The position numbers were made by a program, and so were the translations under genes. Below, one piece after another: positions 22,253 through 31,754 of a stretch of 64,000 nt of DNA; the first letter of the stretch is position 1; each line of letters opens with the position of its first letter. The notes under the pieces are model-generated. The model searched no databases. It was not told the DNA's origin and worked only from the letters and a program-made list of their open reading frames with translations. The DNA is from an uncultured delta proteobacterium (GTDB lineage Bacteria; Bdellovibrionota; FAC87; UBA2466): positions 2,176,001-2,240,000 of the forward strand of contig CAVZSV010000004.1 in NCBI GenBank assembly GCA_963778115.1, given 5' to 3'.

Positions 22253-23362
22253 GTGAATAAAATCCCATTCGTTGATCTGTTCACGGAAAAGCAATCGGAA
22301 GTCTTAGATTCGATTCTCTCCGACATCAAAGCGGTGGTTTCGAAATCGGAATTTATACTTGGAAATGCGGTTGGAGAGTTCGAAAAATCCTTCGCCCGGG
22401 TTGCTGGCTGTGAGAACGGGGTGGGAGTTAATTCCGGCCTGGATGCGCTCATCTTAAGTCTTAGGGCTTTGAAAATCGGAGAGGGCGACGAAGTGATTAC
22501 CGCACCCAACTCCTTCGTAGCGAGCGCGGCTGCGATTGCGCTGGTGGGCGCAAAACCGGTATTTGTCGATGTGGCTTTTGATTACAATCTAGACCCTGAT
22601 TTGATCGAAACTGCCATCACTTCGAAGACAAAAGCCATCATGCCGGTTCATTTGACTGGAAATCCCTGTCAGATGGATAGGATCGAATCGATAGCCAAGA
22701 AACACCAGCTTAAGATCGTAGAAGACGCGGCTCAAGCCATTGGAGCGACATTTAAGGGTAAGGCCATCGGCTCTTGGAGCGATCTAGGAGCTTTTAGTCT
22801 TCATCCCCTCAAAAATTTGCATGTCTGGGGTGACGGGGGAATGATCACTTGCCAGTCCGGGGAGCTTGAAGCGAGACTTCGTCTTGAACGCAATCATGGT
22901 TTGAAGAATCGCGATGAAGTGGAGTTTTTTTCTTACAACAGCAGATTAGATACTATTCAGGCGGTGGTGGGACTTCAGATGTTGCGACTCTTGCCGGAGA
23001 CGACGGAATCCAGAATCAAAAACGCCATGAGGTATCGTGAAGTCCTGGGAGAATTAGAAGAGTTTATTACCCTGCCTCCCGTCGATGCCAAAGCAAAACA
23101 CGTTTACCATGTTTTCCAGGTGAGGGCGAAAAGGCGGGATGAATTAAAGACGTACCTTGCCGAGCAAGGAATCGACACCAAAGTTCACTACCCTATTCCC
23201 ATCCACCACCAAAAGGCGGCCTCCTATCTCAACTACCGTAAAGGGATGTTTCCCGTGACCGAGCAGTTAGCGACCGAGATACTTTCGGTGCCGGTGAGAG
23301 AAAACCTGACTCAGTCCGAGCAGGACAGGATTTGTGAGGCGATTAAGAAGTTTTATCGGTAG
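22253..23362 (+). CDS. DegT/DnrJ/EryC1/StrS family PLP aminotransferase (tandem paralog)
   Basis: 'GVNSGLDAL', 'VEDAAQA', 'SLHPLKNLHVWGDGG', 'NSRLDTIQA'. The GTG at 22253 follows a GAGG RBS. Confidence 0.93.
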   Translation: MNKIPFVDLFTEKQSEVLDSILSDIKAVVSKSEFILGNAVGEFEKSFARVAGCENGVGVNSGLDALILSLRALKIGEGDEVITAPNSFVASAAAIALVGAKPVFVDVAFDYNLDPDLIETAITSKTKAIMPVHLTGNPCQMDRIESIAKKHQLKIVEDAAQAIGATFKGKAIGSWSDLGAFSLHPLKNLHVWGDGGMITCQSGELEARLRLERNHGLKNRDEVEFFSYNSRLDTIQAVVGLQMLRLLPETTESRIKNAMRYREVLGELEEFITLPPVDAKAKHVYHVFQVRAKRRDELKTYLAEQGIDTKVHYPIPIHHQKAASYLNYRKGMFPVTEQLATEILSVPVRENLTQSEQDRICEAIKKFYR

Positions 23363-23444
23363 TGCTGCCCCAATGGCCTATGGGTTGCTTCGTCCTTTCA
23401 CTTCTAGCAATGACCTAAAAGACGTCGGAACCTTGCAATCCAAT

Positions 23445-24374
23445 TTAATCTAACTTTTCGGGGAGTGAATAAAGGAAGTTTTCGGCGATTTTGTCGATTC
23501 CCTGCGTCCACTTGAGAGCGTAAGTGCCAGGAGTTCGGTTATCAACGGAGTTAAGTGTCGAGACGATGGTTGCCGAGTTTGGATCATCGCGAAACTGATC
23601 GGTCATTTTGAGTCTGAGCGCGGTTAGGTTTAGATAGGATTGAAAAAGGCCCTTTCCCAGTCGGAGATCCCCCGTCAAAGAGCCATCCATGTCGCTCTCC
23701 TTCCCTCCCCACTGAAGCCCTCCGATATCCACGTTTCCATTCTTTGCGAAAAGTTTCGCCTGAAGATTTCCAAATCTGATAGGGGGTATCACAATTCCCT
23801 GTAGATTAGCTCCGGGGGATCTTAATTTGTCGATGGTTAGTCTGACGGTACCGTTGGTTTTCGAAAGATCAGTGAGATCCAAGGATACATAGCCGTCTCC
23901 CGTCACGACTCCTGACAAGAGATCAGAGGGACTTGACCCCAATCCAAGTTGATCGAGATGAACGCCGTCCGCTTCAAAGGACACGGAACAGCTGGATAGC
24001 TGTTGACCGCGGCTTTGGAGTTGACTCAACTTTAGATACAAGTCGCCTCCCTTTTTCATGCCCTTTACGGAAACGGAGTACGAAAGACTTGGAGGAATAA
24101 GCCCTCCAATGCCGACCCGCAACGTAATCTTCTGAGCCGAGATATCGAGCTCTTCCCCTAAGATTTGAGGAGGGAGCGTTGCAGTGACGTTGCGCAAGCC
24201 AATGCCAGGCCATCCCAGAAGGGTTAGATACATGTCTTCTGAGACGATAAGAACTCCGGTCTGCTTATAAATTTTATTGAAGATAAATCCGCGAAGATTC
24301 TGAAAAGGAAATCCAATCAGAACAAAAAAGAAGAAAAGTCCGAGACAGATAAATATCGTCGTAGAGCGTTTCAT
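23445..24374 (-). CDS. gspN: type II secretion protein GspN
   Basis: N-terminal anchor 'LIGFPF', a beta-rich body, and last position in the gsp operon. Confidence 0.75.
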   Translation of the reverse strand: MKRSTTIFICLGLFFFFVLIGFPFQNLRGFIFNKIYKQTGVLIVSEDMYLTLLGWPGIGLRNVTATLPPQILGEELDISAQKITLRVGIGGLIPPSLSYSVSVKGMKKGGDLYLKLSQLQSRGQQLSSCSVSFEADGVHLDQLGLGSSPSDLLSGVVTGDGYVSLDLTDLSKTNGTVRLTIDKLRSPGANLQGIVIPPIRFGNLQAKLFAKNGNVDIGGLQWGGKESDMDGSLTGDLRLGKGLFQSYLNLTALRLKMTDQFRDDPNSATIVSTLNSVDNRTPGTYALKWTQGIDKIAENFLYSLPEKLD

Positions 24375-25024
24375 GTTCCTTCATCCTCGGCTTGGAATAG
24401 ATAGGCTACGACTCCCATTTCGACGTTCATATAGCCTCTTAGCTGGTCGTCATTGGAGATCTTAAGAGAGGAGATACTGAGGTTATAGGGACCGAATTCG
24501 ATATTTTGCAAAAACGAATGTAGCTGCGTCAGATTTACGCGCTCCAGCTTAACGGTCGCTTGCTTTAACTTAACCTCTTGGCCCCCTTTTGACTCTTCTT
24601 CCGAAGCCTCCGACTTCTCTTCGGCCTTTACCATTCGGGGAGAGATATTGGCCCCTTTGGCCTCTTCCACGATAAGATTTTTAAGGGCGTCGGGAGCGGC
24701 AAGCTGATTGTTTCGTTCTAGATTTTGGATTTGCGCCTCTTGGCCTCGACGAGTGGTCTGGTATTGCAGGAGCATGTTTACCATCGCACCCGCTTTTTCG
24801 GCTTTAGCGGCACTTGTCCAGTAGGAGAGATAGGTAGTGAGTACGAGAAGCCCTACAAAAGCCATCAACCCTATTCCGCTTCCAATGATGACCTGACGCT
24901 GCTGTTTGGGGGGAAGACTTCCGAATCGATCGTAGAGCATCCCGATGTACTTATTTTCGTACAGGACCGCTAGCATCGGAGCGTTTTGCTTGATCCAATC
25001 CTTAAGCTGATTCCATTTATTCAT
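24371..25024 (-). CDS. gspM: type II secretion protein GspM-like
   Basis: 'LPPKQQRQ' before a TM helix, 'VKLERVNLTQLHSFLQNIE', and position after gspL. Confidence 0.7.
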   Translation of the reverse strand: MNKWNQLKDWIKQNAPMLAVLYENKYIGMLYDRFGSLPPKQQRQVIIGSGIGLMAFVGLLVLTTYLSYWTSAAKAEKAGAMVNMLLQYQTTRRGQEAQIQNLERNNQLAAPDALKNLIVEEAKGANISPRMVKAEEKSEASEEESKGGQEVKLKQATVKLERVNLTQLHSFLQNIEFGPYNLSISSLKISNDDQLRGYMNVEMGVVAYLFQAEDEGT

Positions 25025-25026
25025 AG

Positions 25027-26625
25027 CTATCTCCCCACCACTTCGCCCTTAAAGGTGAAGCGCTGGCCGTCTCTCTCAAGTGTCACATGGTTAAAGGAAG
25101 CGACTTTCTTAAGAGCTTCCGTCACGCGATCAAGATTTCCGTCGTATAAAACGCCTTCTACCTTTAGGGTGCGGTCATCAAGGGCCAGAGTATTTACGTC
25201 GACTTTAACTTCCGGTGGGAATGACTCGCTGACTGCCCGAACCAGGCCCAACATGGGAGTTCGGTTCTTGGAAACCATTTTTAACCGTTGAGTTAACTCG
25301 TTGTTCTTTTGGTCGATGAATTTCTTGAGAGATTTGGGGTCGCTCAAAAGAGAGTTGCGAGTCTTTTGATTAACACTGTGAAAGGTATCGCTAAAGACTT
25401 TCCTTAACTCCTCATTGGATCGGTGGGCCTCTTCGTCAGCCAAGTAGCCCAAAATGAAAATCCCAAGAAAAAGAACACCGGCAAGAAGTCCGGCGTAGCC
25501 CGCGAGTTTGATGACATCGGGATCCTTTAGGAGTGTTGTGACTCCTTTAAGCTCAGTACCTTTCGCGAGATCACCCGTTCGGAAATTGAAAAGGAGCCCC
25601 GATTTGCGCCCGAACACGAGAGCGCGGCCTAGAGGCTCTCCGAACTGCATTTCGTGAGAGACGTCCACTTCCCGACCGAAGGCCACGGTATTAAAGGGTC
25701 GAAAAAAACTTACGGGAATTCCAATGCCCTTGGCGAGGAATTCGTCGATGCCTCGCAATTTTGCCGTTCCTCCTGTGAGAAGGATCTTTGAAGTTTCCAG
25801 TTTGTATTGGCTTCGAAAGCCTCCCAAATTGTGATTGAGCTCGGTGAAAAAAGAGGAAAAAGCGCGCCCTGTAGCGCTTATCATGTCCTCCATCTCTTGG
25901 GTTTCCACGGAAAAGTCTTCATCCAAACGCAGTTCTTTAATTTTCTTAGCTTCGGCTTCCTCGATAGAGATTCCAAGGGCACTTGCTATCGCTTGAGTAA
26001 TGGCCGATCCGCCCCAATTGAGACTTCGAAAGAGTTCCAGTCGATTCTGATCCAATACCGCAATATTGGTTTTGACGTGGCCGACATCCATGAGAAGAAC
26101 CGGCCCTGGCGGGATCTCAGCGCCTTTTTGGGCGATGGACGCGAGGTATAAGTTAACCAGGCCCATTCCTTCAAAGGTGAGCCAATCAGGATCAACGCCT
26201 ACGTTTTTGAGCCATTCCAAGTAGGTTTGGATATGGCGGCGAGGAGCTATTGCCGCAAATACAATATGTCCTTCTTTGGTCGGGTAAAGGTGATGTTCCA
26301 CTACCGAGTCGTCGAGTTTGAAAGGGACATTATCTTCGAGATCGAACTTGAAACTTTGTTCCACTTTCTTGGCTTGCTTCAAAGGAACTTGCAAAAATCG
26401 AAGTGCTGTTTGGGCCGCCGGAAGGCTCGTAACGACTTTTTCGGGATGGCTGGGAAGCCGTGCCATCAGTTCGGCGACTGCTTTTTGGTAGGCGGCTGTC
26501 GGGTCAAGATTTTGAAGGGGAAGGCGAACCTCGTGGAGATCTAAGACCTCGATTCGACGAAATCGAGATTCCATCTCTACCGCCTTTAGACTCCAACCGC
26601 CAAATTCGATTCCAAGAATTCTCAT
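25027..26625 (-). CDS. gspL: type II secretion protein GspL (PilM-like actin ATPase fold plus PilN-like periplasmic domain)
   Basis: 'ILGIEFGGWSLKAVE', 'MDVGHVKT', 'WGGSAIT', 'LLTGGTAKL', a TM helix, then a PilN-like C-terminus. Confidence 0.8.
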   Translation of the reverse strand: MRILGIEFGGWSLKAVEMESRFRRIEVLDLHEVRLPLQNLDPTAAYQKAVAELMARLPSHPEKVVTSLPAAQTALRFLQVPLKQAKKVEQSFKFDLEDNVPFKLDDSVVEHHLYPTKEGHIVFAAIAPRRHIQTYLEWLKNVGVDPDWLTFEGMGLVNLYLASIAQKGAEIPPGPVLLMDVGHVKTNIAVLDQNRLELFRSLNWGGSAITQAIASALGISIEEAEAKKIKELRLDEDFSVETQEMEDMISATGRAFSSFFTELNHNLGGFRSQYKLETSKILLTGGTAKLRGIDEFLAKGIGIPVSFFRPFNTVAFGREVDVSHEMQFGEPLGRALVFGRKSGLLFNFRTGDLAKGTELKGVTTLLKDPDVIKLAGYAGLLAGVLFLGIFILGYLADEEAHRSNEELRKVFSDTFHSVNQKTRNSLLSDPKSLKKFIDQKNNELTQRLKMVSKNRTPMLGLVRAVSESFPPEVKVDVNTLALDDRTLKVEGVLYDGNLDRVTEALKKVASFNHVTLERDGQRFTFKGEVVGR

Positions 26626-28116
26626 TTACGTCTCCGACCAAAAAAGAATTTTAACTGCATTCGGGTCCGGCGTCACGGGGGCAGTCCCTGTGCCGGTGCC
26701 CGTTCCGGTTCCCGGTGTTGTGGTACTGGTTCCCGTTCCCCCTGGAGGGGCGGCGCCGGCACCAATCTGGCCGGGACAAACGGGGGCAATTCCGTTGAAT
26801 TGGCAGCATAAAGTCGTTGGGTTCCAGGCTCCCGCCATCCGTTCGCAATCCGACTGACCCGTGGGAGGAGTCTTACATTGGCCCGGCGGCACCCGCGTGT
26901 CCCAAAATCCTGACTGAGTCGTACAATCGTTGGGATTGGTGGCCGGCAAAACCTGCCCTCCGCTTCCTCGTGACAAAGCAACTCCCACACGGATCACTTT
27001 TTGGATTTGGCTTTTGCTTCGAGTGATAATTCCCATGGATTCAATCATGAAGCTTTGGCTGGTCACCGTGAAGGGATATTGCTGCGCGTTCGGATAGAGC
27101 GTTTGAAAGCCGGTTCTGCCCAAATTACTGGTAACGAATTGGACAAATTGAGCTTCGGTCGCCCAAGCCCCCCCGATGCGGGTCTTTTCATCCGATATTT
27201 TTTTGAGATCGTCGTCCGTGAAGTCTCGATAAAGTGCTCTAATCATTTCTGTCGTGGCACTGTTTAGATTGATCTTTCCGTCGTAAGAATAGACGGTGAC
27301 GTAGGGCTTAAGTTTGCTAAAGAGATGATCATCAATGCCCTTCACCATTCGAAGCTCGTCAACACTGTAAAATCGATTTCGTTTGGCTAGGTACGGAGGA
27401 TTTTGCTGCTGATACCATCCGTCTTTATTGCCTCCTGCAAAACTTTGCTGACCGGGAGTGACCCAGTCCATAATGTTATCCACTACCTCTTCGGGGTTGA
27501 GACCGGGGTACTCGTTGTAGGGATCATCCGACTGACTTAAGAAATTTTGCATTAGGTTAATGAGTGTAACGCCCACACTTTGAAAAAGAGTCGTTGCGGG
27601 ATTGGGAAAAACGGGAAAAGTGATTCTCTGATCTCTTTGATCGGGGGGAACAACGAGATAGTTCAAGTTTATCTTGGATGATTCACTGGTGATGACCTCT
27701 GTAAATTTCCCATCCGTGATACTGGTCTCTTTTAGCTCTTTTTGGGCAATATCTTTATCTTCCTTAAGCAATTTATCTAGGGATGAAGCATCCGGTGGAA
27801 AAGCGGGCAAAGGAAGGTTCCATATCATGTCGAGCAATTGAGAGGAGTTTCCCACGGCACTTTTAATATTGGGATCTTTTCTGGCTCTCGCGTATAAAGC
27901 GATACGAAGGAGTCCTACATGAACGCCCGACTTGGCTAAGTAATAAGCTTGCAATTGGTTCAGATCATTATAGGCGAGTTTTCTCTCCACGAACGACTGG
28001 TACTGAAATTCGAGCAAGACGATACTAATAATCATCAGGGCCACTAAGACGGTAATAAGTGCAGCACCCCGCTTGTGCTGTAATTTTCTGCAAAGATGTG
28101 CTCTTAAGTTACGCAT
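26626..28116 (-). CDS. gspK: type II secretion minor pseudopilin GspK
   Basis: 'RG|AALITVL', 'QAYYLAKSG', 'ESSKINLN', 'IMDW', 'SVDELRMVKGI', 'KINLNSA'. Confidence 0.9.
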   Translation of the reverse strand: MRNLRAHLCRKLQHKRGAALITVLVALMIISIVLLEFQYQSFVERKLAYNDLNQLQAYYLAKSGVHVGLLRIALYARARKDPNIKSAVGNSSQLLDMIWNLPLPAFPPDASSLDKLLKEDKDIAQKELKETSITDGKFTEVITSESSKINLNYLVVPPDQRDQRITFPVFPNPATTLFQSVGVTLINLMQNFLSQSDDPYNEYPGLNPEEVVDNIMDWVTPGQQSFAGGNKDGWYQQQNPPYLAKRNRFYSVDELRMVKGIDDHLFSKLKPYVTVYSYDGKINLNSATTEMIRALYRDFTDDDLKKISDEKTRIGGAWATEAQFVQFVTSNLGRTGFQTLYPNAQQYPFTVTSQSFMIESMGIITRSKSQIQKVIRVGVALSRGSGGQVLPATNPNDCTTQSGFWDTRVPPGQCKTPPTGQSDCERMAGAWNPTTLCCQFNGIAPVCPGQIGAGAAPPGGTGTSTTTPGTGTGTGTGTAPVTPDPNAVKILFWSET

Positions 28117-28802
28117 TAAAACTGCACCAAAAAGGGATCGTTGTTGGGGAAGGCGACTTTAAACTCCTCGGCCAGGGTTATCTGATCGGAAGGCAATTTC
28201 CCTTGCACCGTGAGCTTCATTTTCATCGCAAGGGGAAACCTATCGCGGTACTCGCCATTGTCTGAGTTCCAATCTTCCACCCATTTGCCCGCTTTATCGT
28301 CCCAGAAAGAGTAGTCGAGGGAGACGATATTATCCAAGACGGTGTAGACTTTTCCACCCTGATACAGATCGGCATCGATAAATTCGCTTTCGCGTTTCAT
28401 GAGCGACGGGTACTTGTTTCCTTGTCGGGGTTGCAAGAAATAAGAAATCTCGGTCTGTTCGCACTCACGAAGTCCCGCGTAGTACACACGGTGACTCGCT
28501 GAAGTAAAAATAAGATCCTTTTTTCGCCCATCAAATAAGGTATGGGCTACGGGCGAATTTTGGAGAACGGCCGCTTTGGCTTCGTCTCCCAAGTCATCGT
28601 AGGGGACGTGAAAGGCCTGACTGAGATCAAAGCGCATCATGGATATGGCGGCACGGACTCCATCGTATAGGTCGATCTGTTGAAAGGCCTCTTTTTTGGT
28701 ATTTTGCAGCTGCTGAATGTGGCGCACGGTGGCCAAAGCGATAAAGACGAAAATCGCAAGCGCTAACAATGTTTCGATGAGAGTAAACCCGCTGCGGTTC
28801 AT
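28116..28802 (-). CDS. gspJ: type II secretion minor pseudopilin GspJ
   Basis: 'SG|FTLIE' prepilin motif, 'DLSQAF', 'EISYFL', 'WVEDWNS..FPLAMK'. Confidence 0.85.
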   Translation of the reverse strand: MNRSGFTLIETLLALAIFVFIALATVRHIQQLQNTKKEAFQQIDLYDGVRAAISMMRFDLSQAFHVPYDDLGDEAKAAVLQNSPVAHTLFDGRKKDLIFTSASHRVYYAGLRECEQTEISYFLQPRQGNKYPSLMKRESEFIDADLYQGGKVYTVLDNIVSLDYSFWDDKAGKWVEDWNSDNGEYRDRFPLAMKMKLTVQGKLPSDQITLAEEFKVAFPNNDPFLVQF

Positions 28803-29395
28803 GTTCCACCTGCAGTTCCCGGCTGGGGAGTGGGAGTGGTGGGTGTGGGAGCGGCACCATTGGGTGGAGTGACGGGAAGATCGTAGCGCGCGATGTGAGT
28901 GGTGACGTCGATCTTACGGATTTGTTTTCCCTGCTTCCAATAGACCTCGGCATGCAACTCGCGGAGTGCTTTGCCCATGTAATCGCTGGCAGTCTGCAGA
29001 ATCATCTTTTCGATCATGTTCTCTTGATTGGGATCGGAATTATCGTCTTTACTTTGCTCTTGCTGAGCGACTTGAGCAGCCGTTTGCGACAAGTTGTAGT
29101 CAATTTCTAAACAAGTAGTTCTCCATGAAAAGTCGCTGTAAGGAGCGTCAAAGCGAGCCTCTTTTTTCTTTTCACACCCTTTATCAAAGCCTTCTGTCTC
29201 AAGCTTAGTCTCTAGTTCGACCATGATATTTTGGAGGAGCCAAGTGGCCGTACTTATCTCTTTCGCTTCGCGAGTGGCCCTAACGGAACCATCTGTAACG
29301 CTGAGGGAAGCCACCACCGCCATGACGAAAATGAGCATCGCGACGAGGACTTCTATGAAAGTAAAACCCGATTGGTTTTTTAGAATTTTATTCAC
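28799..29395 (-). CDS. gspI: type II secretion minor pseudopilin GspI
   Basis: 'QSG|FTFIEVLVAM' prepilin motif and gene order. Confidence 0.8.
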   Translation of the reverse strand: MNKILKNQSGFTFIEVLVAMLIFVMAVVASLSVTDGSVRATREAKEISTATWLLQNIMVELETKLETEGFDKGCEKKKEARFDAPYSDFSWRTTCLEIDYNLSQTAAQVAQQEQSKDDNSDPNQENMIEKMILQTASDYMGKALRELHAEVYWKQGKQIRKIDVTTHIARYDLPVTPPNGAAPTPTTPTPQPGTAGGT

Positions 29396-30030
29396 GGGGT
29401 TCCTCCAAAGGAGTTAACTACCCCCGGAAAGACTTCGACCCGCCCGCCATTGGGATAGATAATGATCGAATATCCTGATGCCGTGGACCCATCTCGTTTT
29501 AAATACAAAATAGCTTGTTCGCTAAATCCGTTAGGAAAGAAATGAACGTAGACCACGCCGTCCTTCCGCAAGCCCTCTCTCTCCTTGAGAACTCCGTCAA
29601 AGATGACGCCATTAGGTAGTTTTTGAGGCTTTTTGAAGAATTTAGACGAAAGGCTGAAATTGGAAGCGGGTTCTTCTTTAAGCGTCTTACCCTTCTTAGG
29701 GGCGGGGTTGTCTTGAGCAGTCAAGAGCTTAAACTCTTTTTGCTCCTCAACCCAATAGGTATTTTTGTCGAGATCCACACTCAGTCGATAGATATTGTTC
29801 AGAAGAATACTGTTATCTCGGATAGTCCTCGCCAATCCCACGAAAGTTCTCGTGGTTGAATTCAAACGCTGGTACGTCACTCGGTCGAGCGCAGGAATAG
29901 CCATCGCCATTACCATAGTGATGATCGCAAGCACGATCATGATCTCGATAAGGGTGAAGCCACCTCGAAGCGAGCGGCGAGTTCCGGGAGAGGATCTTAG
30001 GCGGCCGCGAGACAAATCTTCACGGCCCAC
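29392..30030 (-). CDS. gspH: type II secretion minor pseudopilin GspH
   Basis: 'GG|FTLIEIMIVLAII' and 'VHFFPNG'. The ORF is open to 30126 but overlaps gspG, so GTG 30030 is the likelier start. Confidence 0.8.
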   Translation of the reverse strand: MGREDLSRGRLRSSPGTRRSLRGGFTLIEIMIVLAIITMVMAMAIPALDRVTYQRLNSTTRTFVGLARTIRDNSILLNNIYRLSVDLDKNTYWVEEQKEFKLLTAQDNPAPKKGKTLKEEPASNFSLSSKFFKKPQKLPNGVIFDGVLKEREGLRKDGVVYVHFFPNGFSEQAILYLKRDGSTASGYSIIIYPNGGRVEVFPGVVNSFGGTP

Positions 30031-30037
30031 CAGGTTG

Positions 30038-30490
30038 CTATTCGTTCTTGATGTCGTCGTCGGTCCCAGGTTCTCCGTCCGGCCCGTCTGAAGAGATGGT
30101 GTAGTTTTGGTAGTCTTCGCACTCATAGCGATACGGGTGTCCCCATGGATCGTTTTCTAACTTCTTCTTAGACAGGTAGCCATTATCCGGATAGTTCTCG
30201 GGAACTTTTCCCACCGATGGTTTATGGATCAGTGCATCCAACCCCTGAGACGTATGTGGATAAGACCCAGATGTCAGGTAATACGCTTGGAGGGCTTGTT
30301 CATAGGATTTGATCTGAAGCTTGGCGGTATCGATTTTGGCCTTCTTAAACTGATCGATGACCTTAACGCCGACCAAACTGAACAAAAGACCCACGATCGC
30401 GAGCACGATCATGATTTCGATAAGGGTGAACCCTTTTTGGTCCTTACGGATTTCGTAATTCCGCATTTTTCTCATTTGCATACTCATCAT
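30038..30490 (-). CDS. gspG: type II secretion major pseudopilin GspG
   Basis: 'QKG|FTLIEIMIV', 'YPHTSQGLDAL', 'DPWGHPYRY', 'SDGPDGEPGTDDDI'. An AGGAAGGA RBS precedes 30490. Confidence 0.93.
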   Translation of the reverse strand: MMSMQMRKMRNYEIRKDQKGFTLIEIMIVLAIVGLLFSLVGVKVIDQFKKAKIDTAKLQIKSYEQALQAYYLTSGSYPHTSQGLDALIHKPSVGKVPENYPDNGYLSKKKLENDPWGHPYRYECEDYQNYTISSDGPDGEPGTDDDIKNE

Positions 30491-30525
30491 AAATTCCAAT
30501 TCCTTCCTAAAACGATCCTTTAACC

Positions 30526-31743
30526 TCACTGTCCAGCGAGGTTATTGAGTTGTAGCATGGGCAAAAAGATCGATATAGCGACTAAAGCTATCATGCCTCC
30601 CATGAGCACAATCATAAGAGGCTCGAGCAGCCTTGTCATCGAATTGATGGCTACTTCAACCTGACCATCATACGCATCCGAAACCACATTGAGCATCTCT
30701 TCTAGCTCTCCTGTTTTCTCACCCACCGCTATCATGTGGGTCAAAATAGGGGGAAATTCACCGCTAGCTTTTAGGGGGCCCGCGATGGTTTTTCCTTCGC
30801 TAATGCTTTCTCTTGATTGGATAAGAGCTTTTCTGATCACCGCGTTATCAACCACATCTTTAACAATGTCGATGGCGTCCAGAAGCTGGACTCCGCTTCC
30901 GATCATGGTGCTTAACGTTCGCGCGAAACGCGACACCGCAATCATTCTAAGAAGTTTTCCCATGATTGGGATTTTAAGAGAAACGGTATCCCACCATTCC
31001 CTTCCTTTAGCGGTGCTCGTGTACCATTTAAACAGAAAAACGATCGAACAAAGAGCGATAATGATGGTAAGCCACTGGTTTGACATGAATTCGCTGATAG
31101 CGATCATGACGACCGTAATCGTAGGTAGTGGCATTTTGGAGCCTTCGAAAACTTCAGTGATCTTGGGAATAGCGAAAGCGAACAAAAAGATCGTAATACC
31201 GATTCCCGCAACAGAGATAACCGCGGGATAGGTCATGGCACCCAGCACCTTATTTCTTAGGGCCTGCTGAGATTCTGTATAATCAGCAAGACGCTTAAGC
31301 ACTAAGTCCAGGTTACCCGAGACTTCACCGACTCGAATCATGGATACAAAGATGGGAGAAAAGACTCGCGGGAAGTTCTTCATGCTGTCGGCTAGCGACT
31401 TTCCTTCGTTAACACTATCTCTAACTTGGGACATGACCGATTTTAATTTGGCGTCGTCGGACTGTTCAACGAGTGCCGCTAAAGCGTCATCAAGAGGGAT
31501 ACGGGCGCGAACCAGAGTCGCCATCTGCCTTGTCATCAGGGCCACACTTCGCGATTTGACTCCGCTTCCGGAAAAGGTGGATCGCTTCTCGCGCTCCTTA
31601 CCTCGGGCCTTTTCCTTAATTTCAGTGGTATAGATCCCCTTCGATTTTAGTCGGGTCCTCGCCGTCTTCGAATTTTCGGCTTCGATAGTGCCCTTGGCGG
31701 GCTTTCCTTCGGCACCGATTCCTTTGTATTCGAATAATGGCAT
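30526..31743 (-). CDS. gspF: type II secretion inner membrane protein GspF
   Basis: 'TRQMATL', 'GEVSGNLD', 'AMTYP', 'GEKTGELEEML', 'LLEP'. Confidence 0.94.
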   Translation of the reverse strand: MPLFEYKGIGAEGKPAKGTIEAENSKTARTRLKSKGIYTTEIKEKARGKEREKRSTFSGSGVKSRSVALMTRQMATLVRARIPLDDALAALVEQSDDAKLKSVMSQVRDSVNEGKSLADSMKNFPRVFSPIFVSMIRVGEVSGNLDLVLKRLADYTESQQALRNKVLGAMTYPAVISVAGIGITIFLFAFAIPKITEVFEGSKMPLPTITVVMIAISEFMSNQWLTIIIALCSIVFLFKWYTSTAKGREWWDTVSLKIPIMGKLLRMIAVSRFARTLSTMIGSGVQLLDAIDIVKDVVDNAVIRKALIQSRESISEGKTIAGPLKASGEFPPILTHMIAVGEKTGELEEMLNVVSDAYDGQVEVAINSMTRLLEPLMIVLMGGMIALVAISIFLPMLQLNNLAGQ

Positions 31744-31754
31744 AGCTTACCGTT

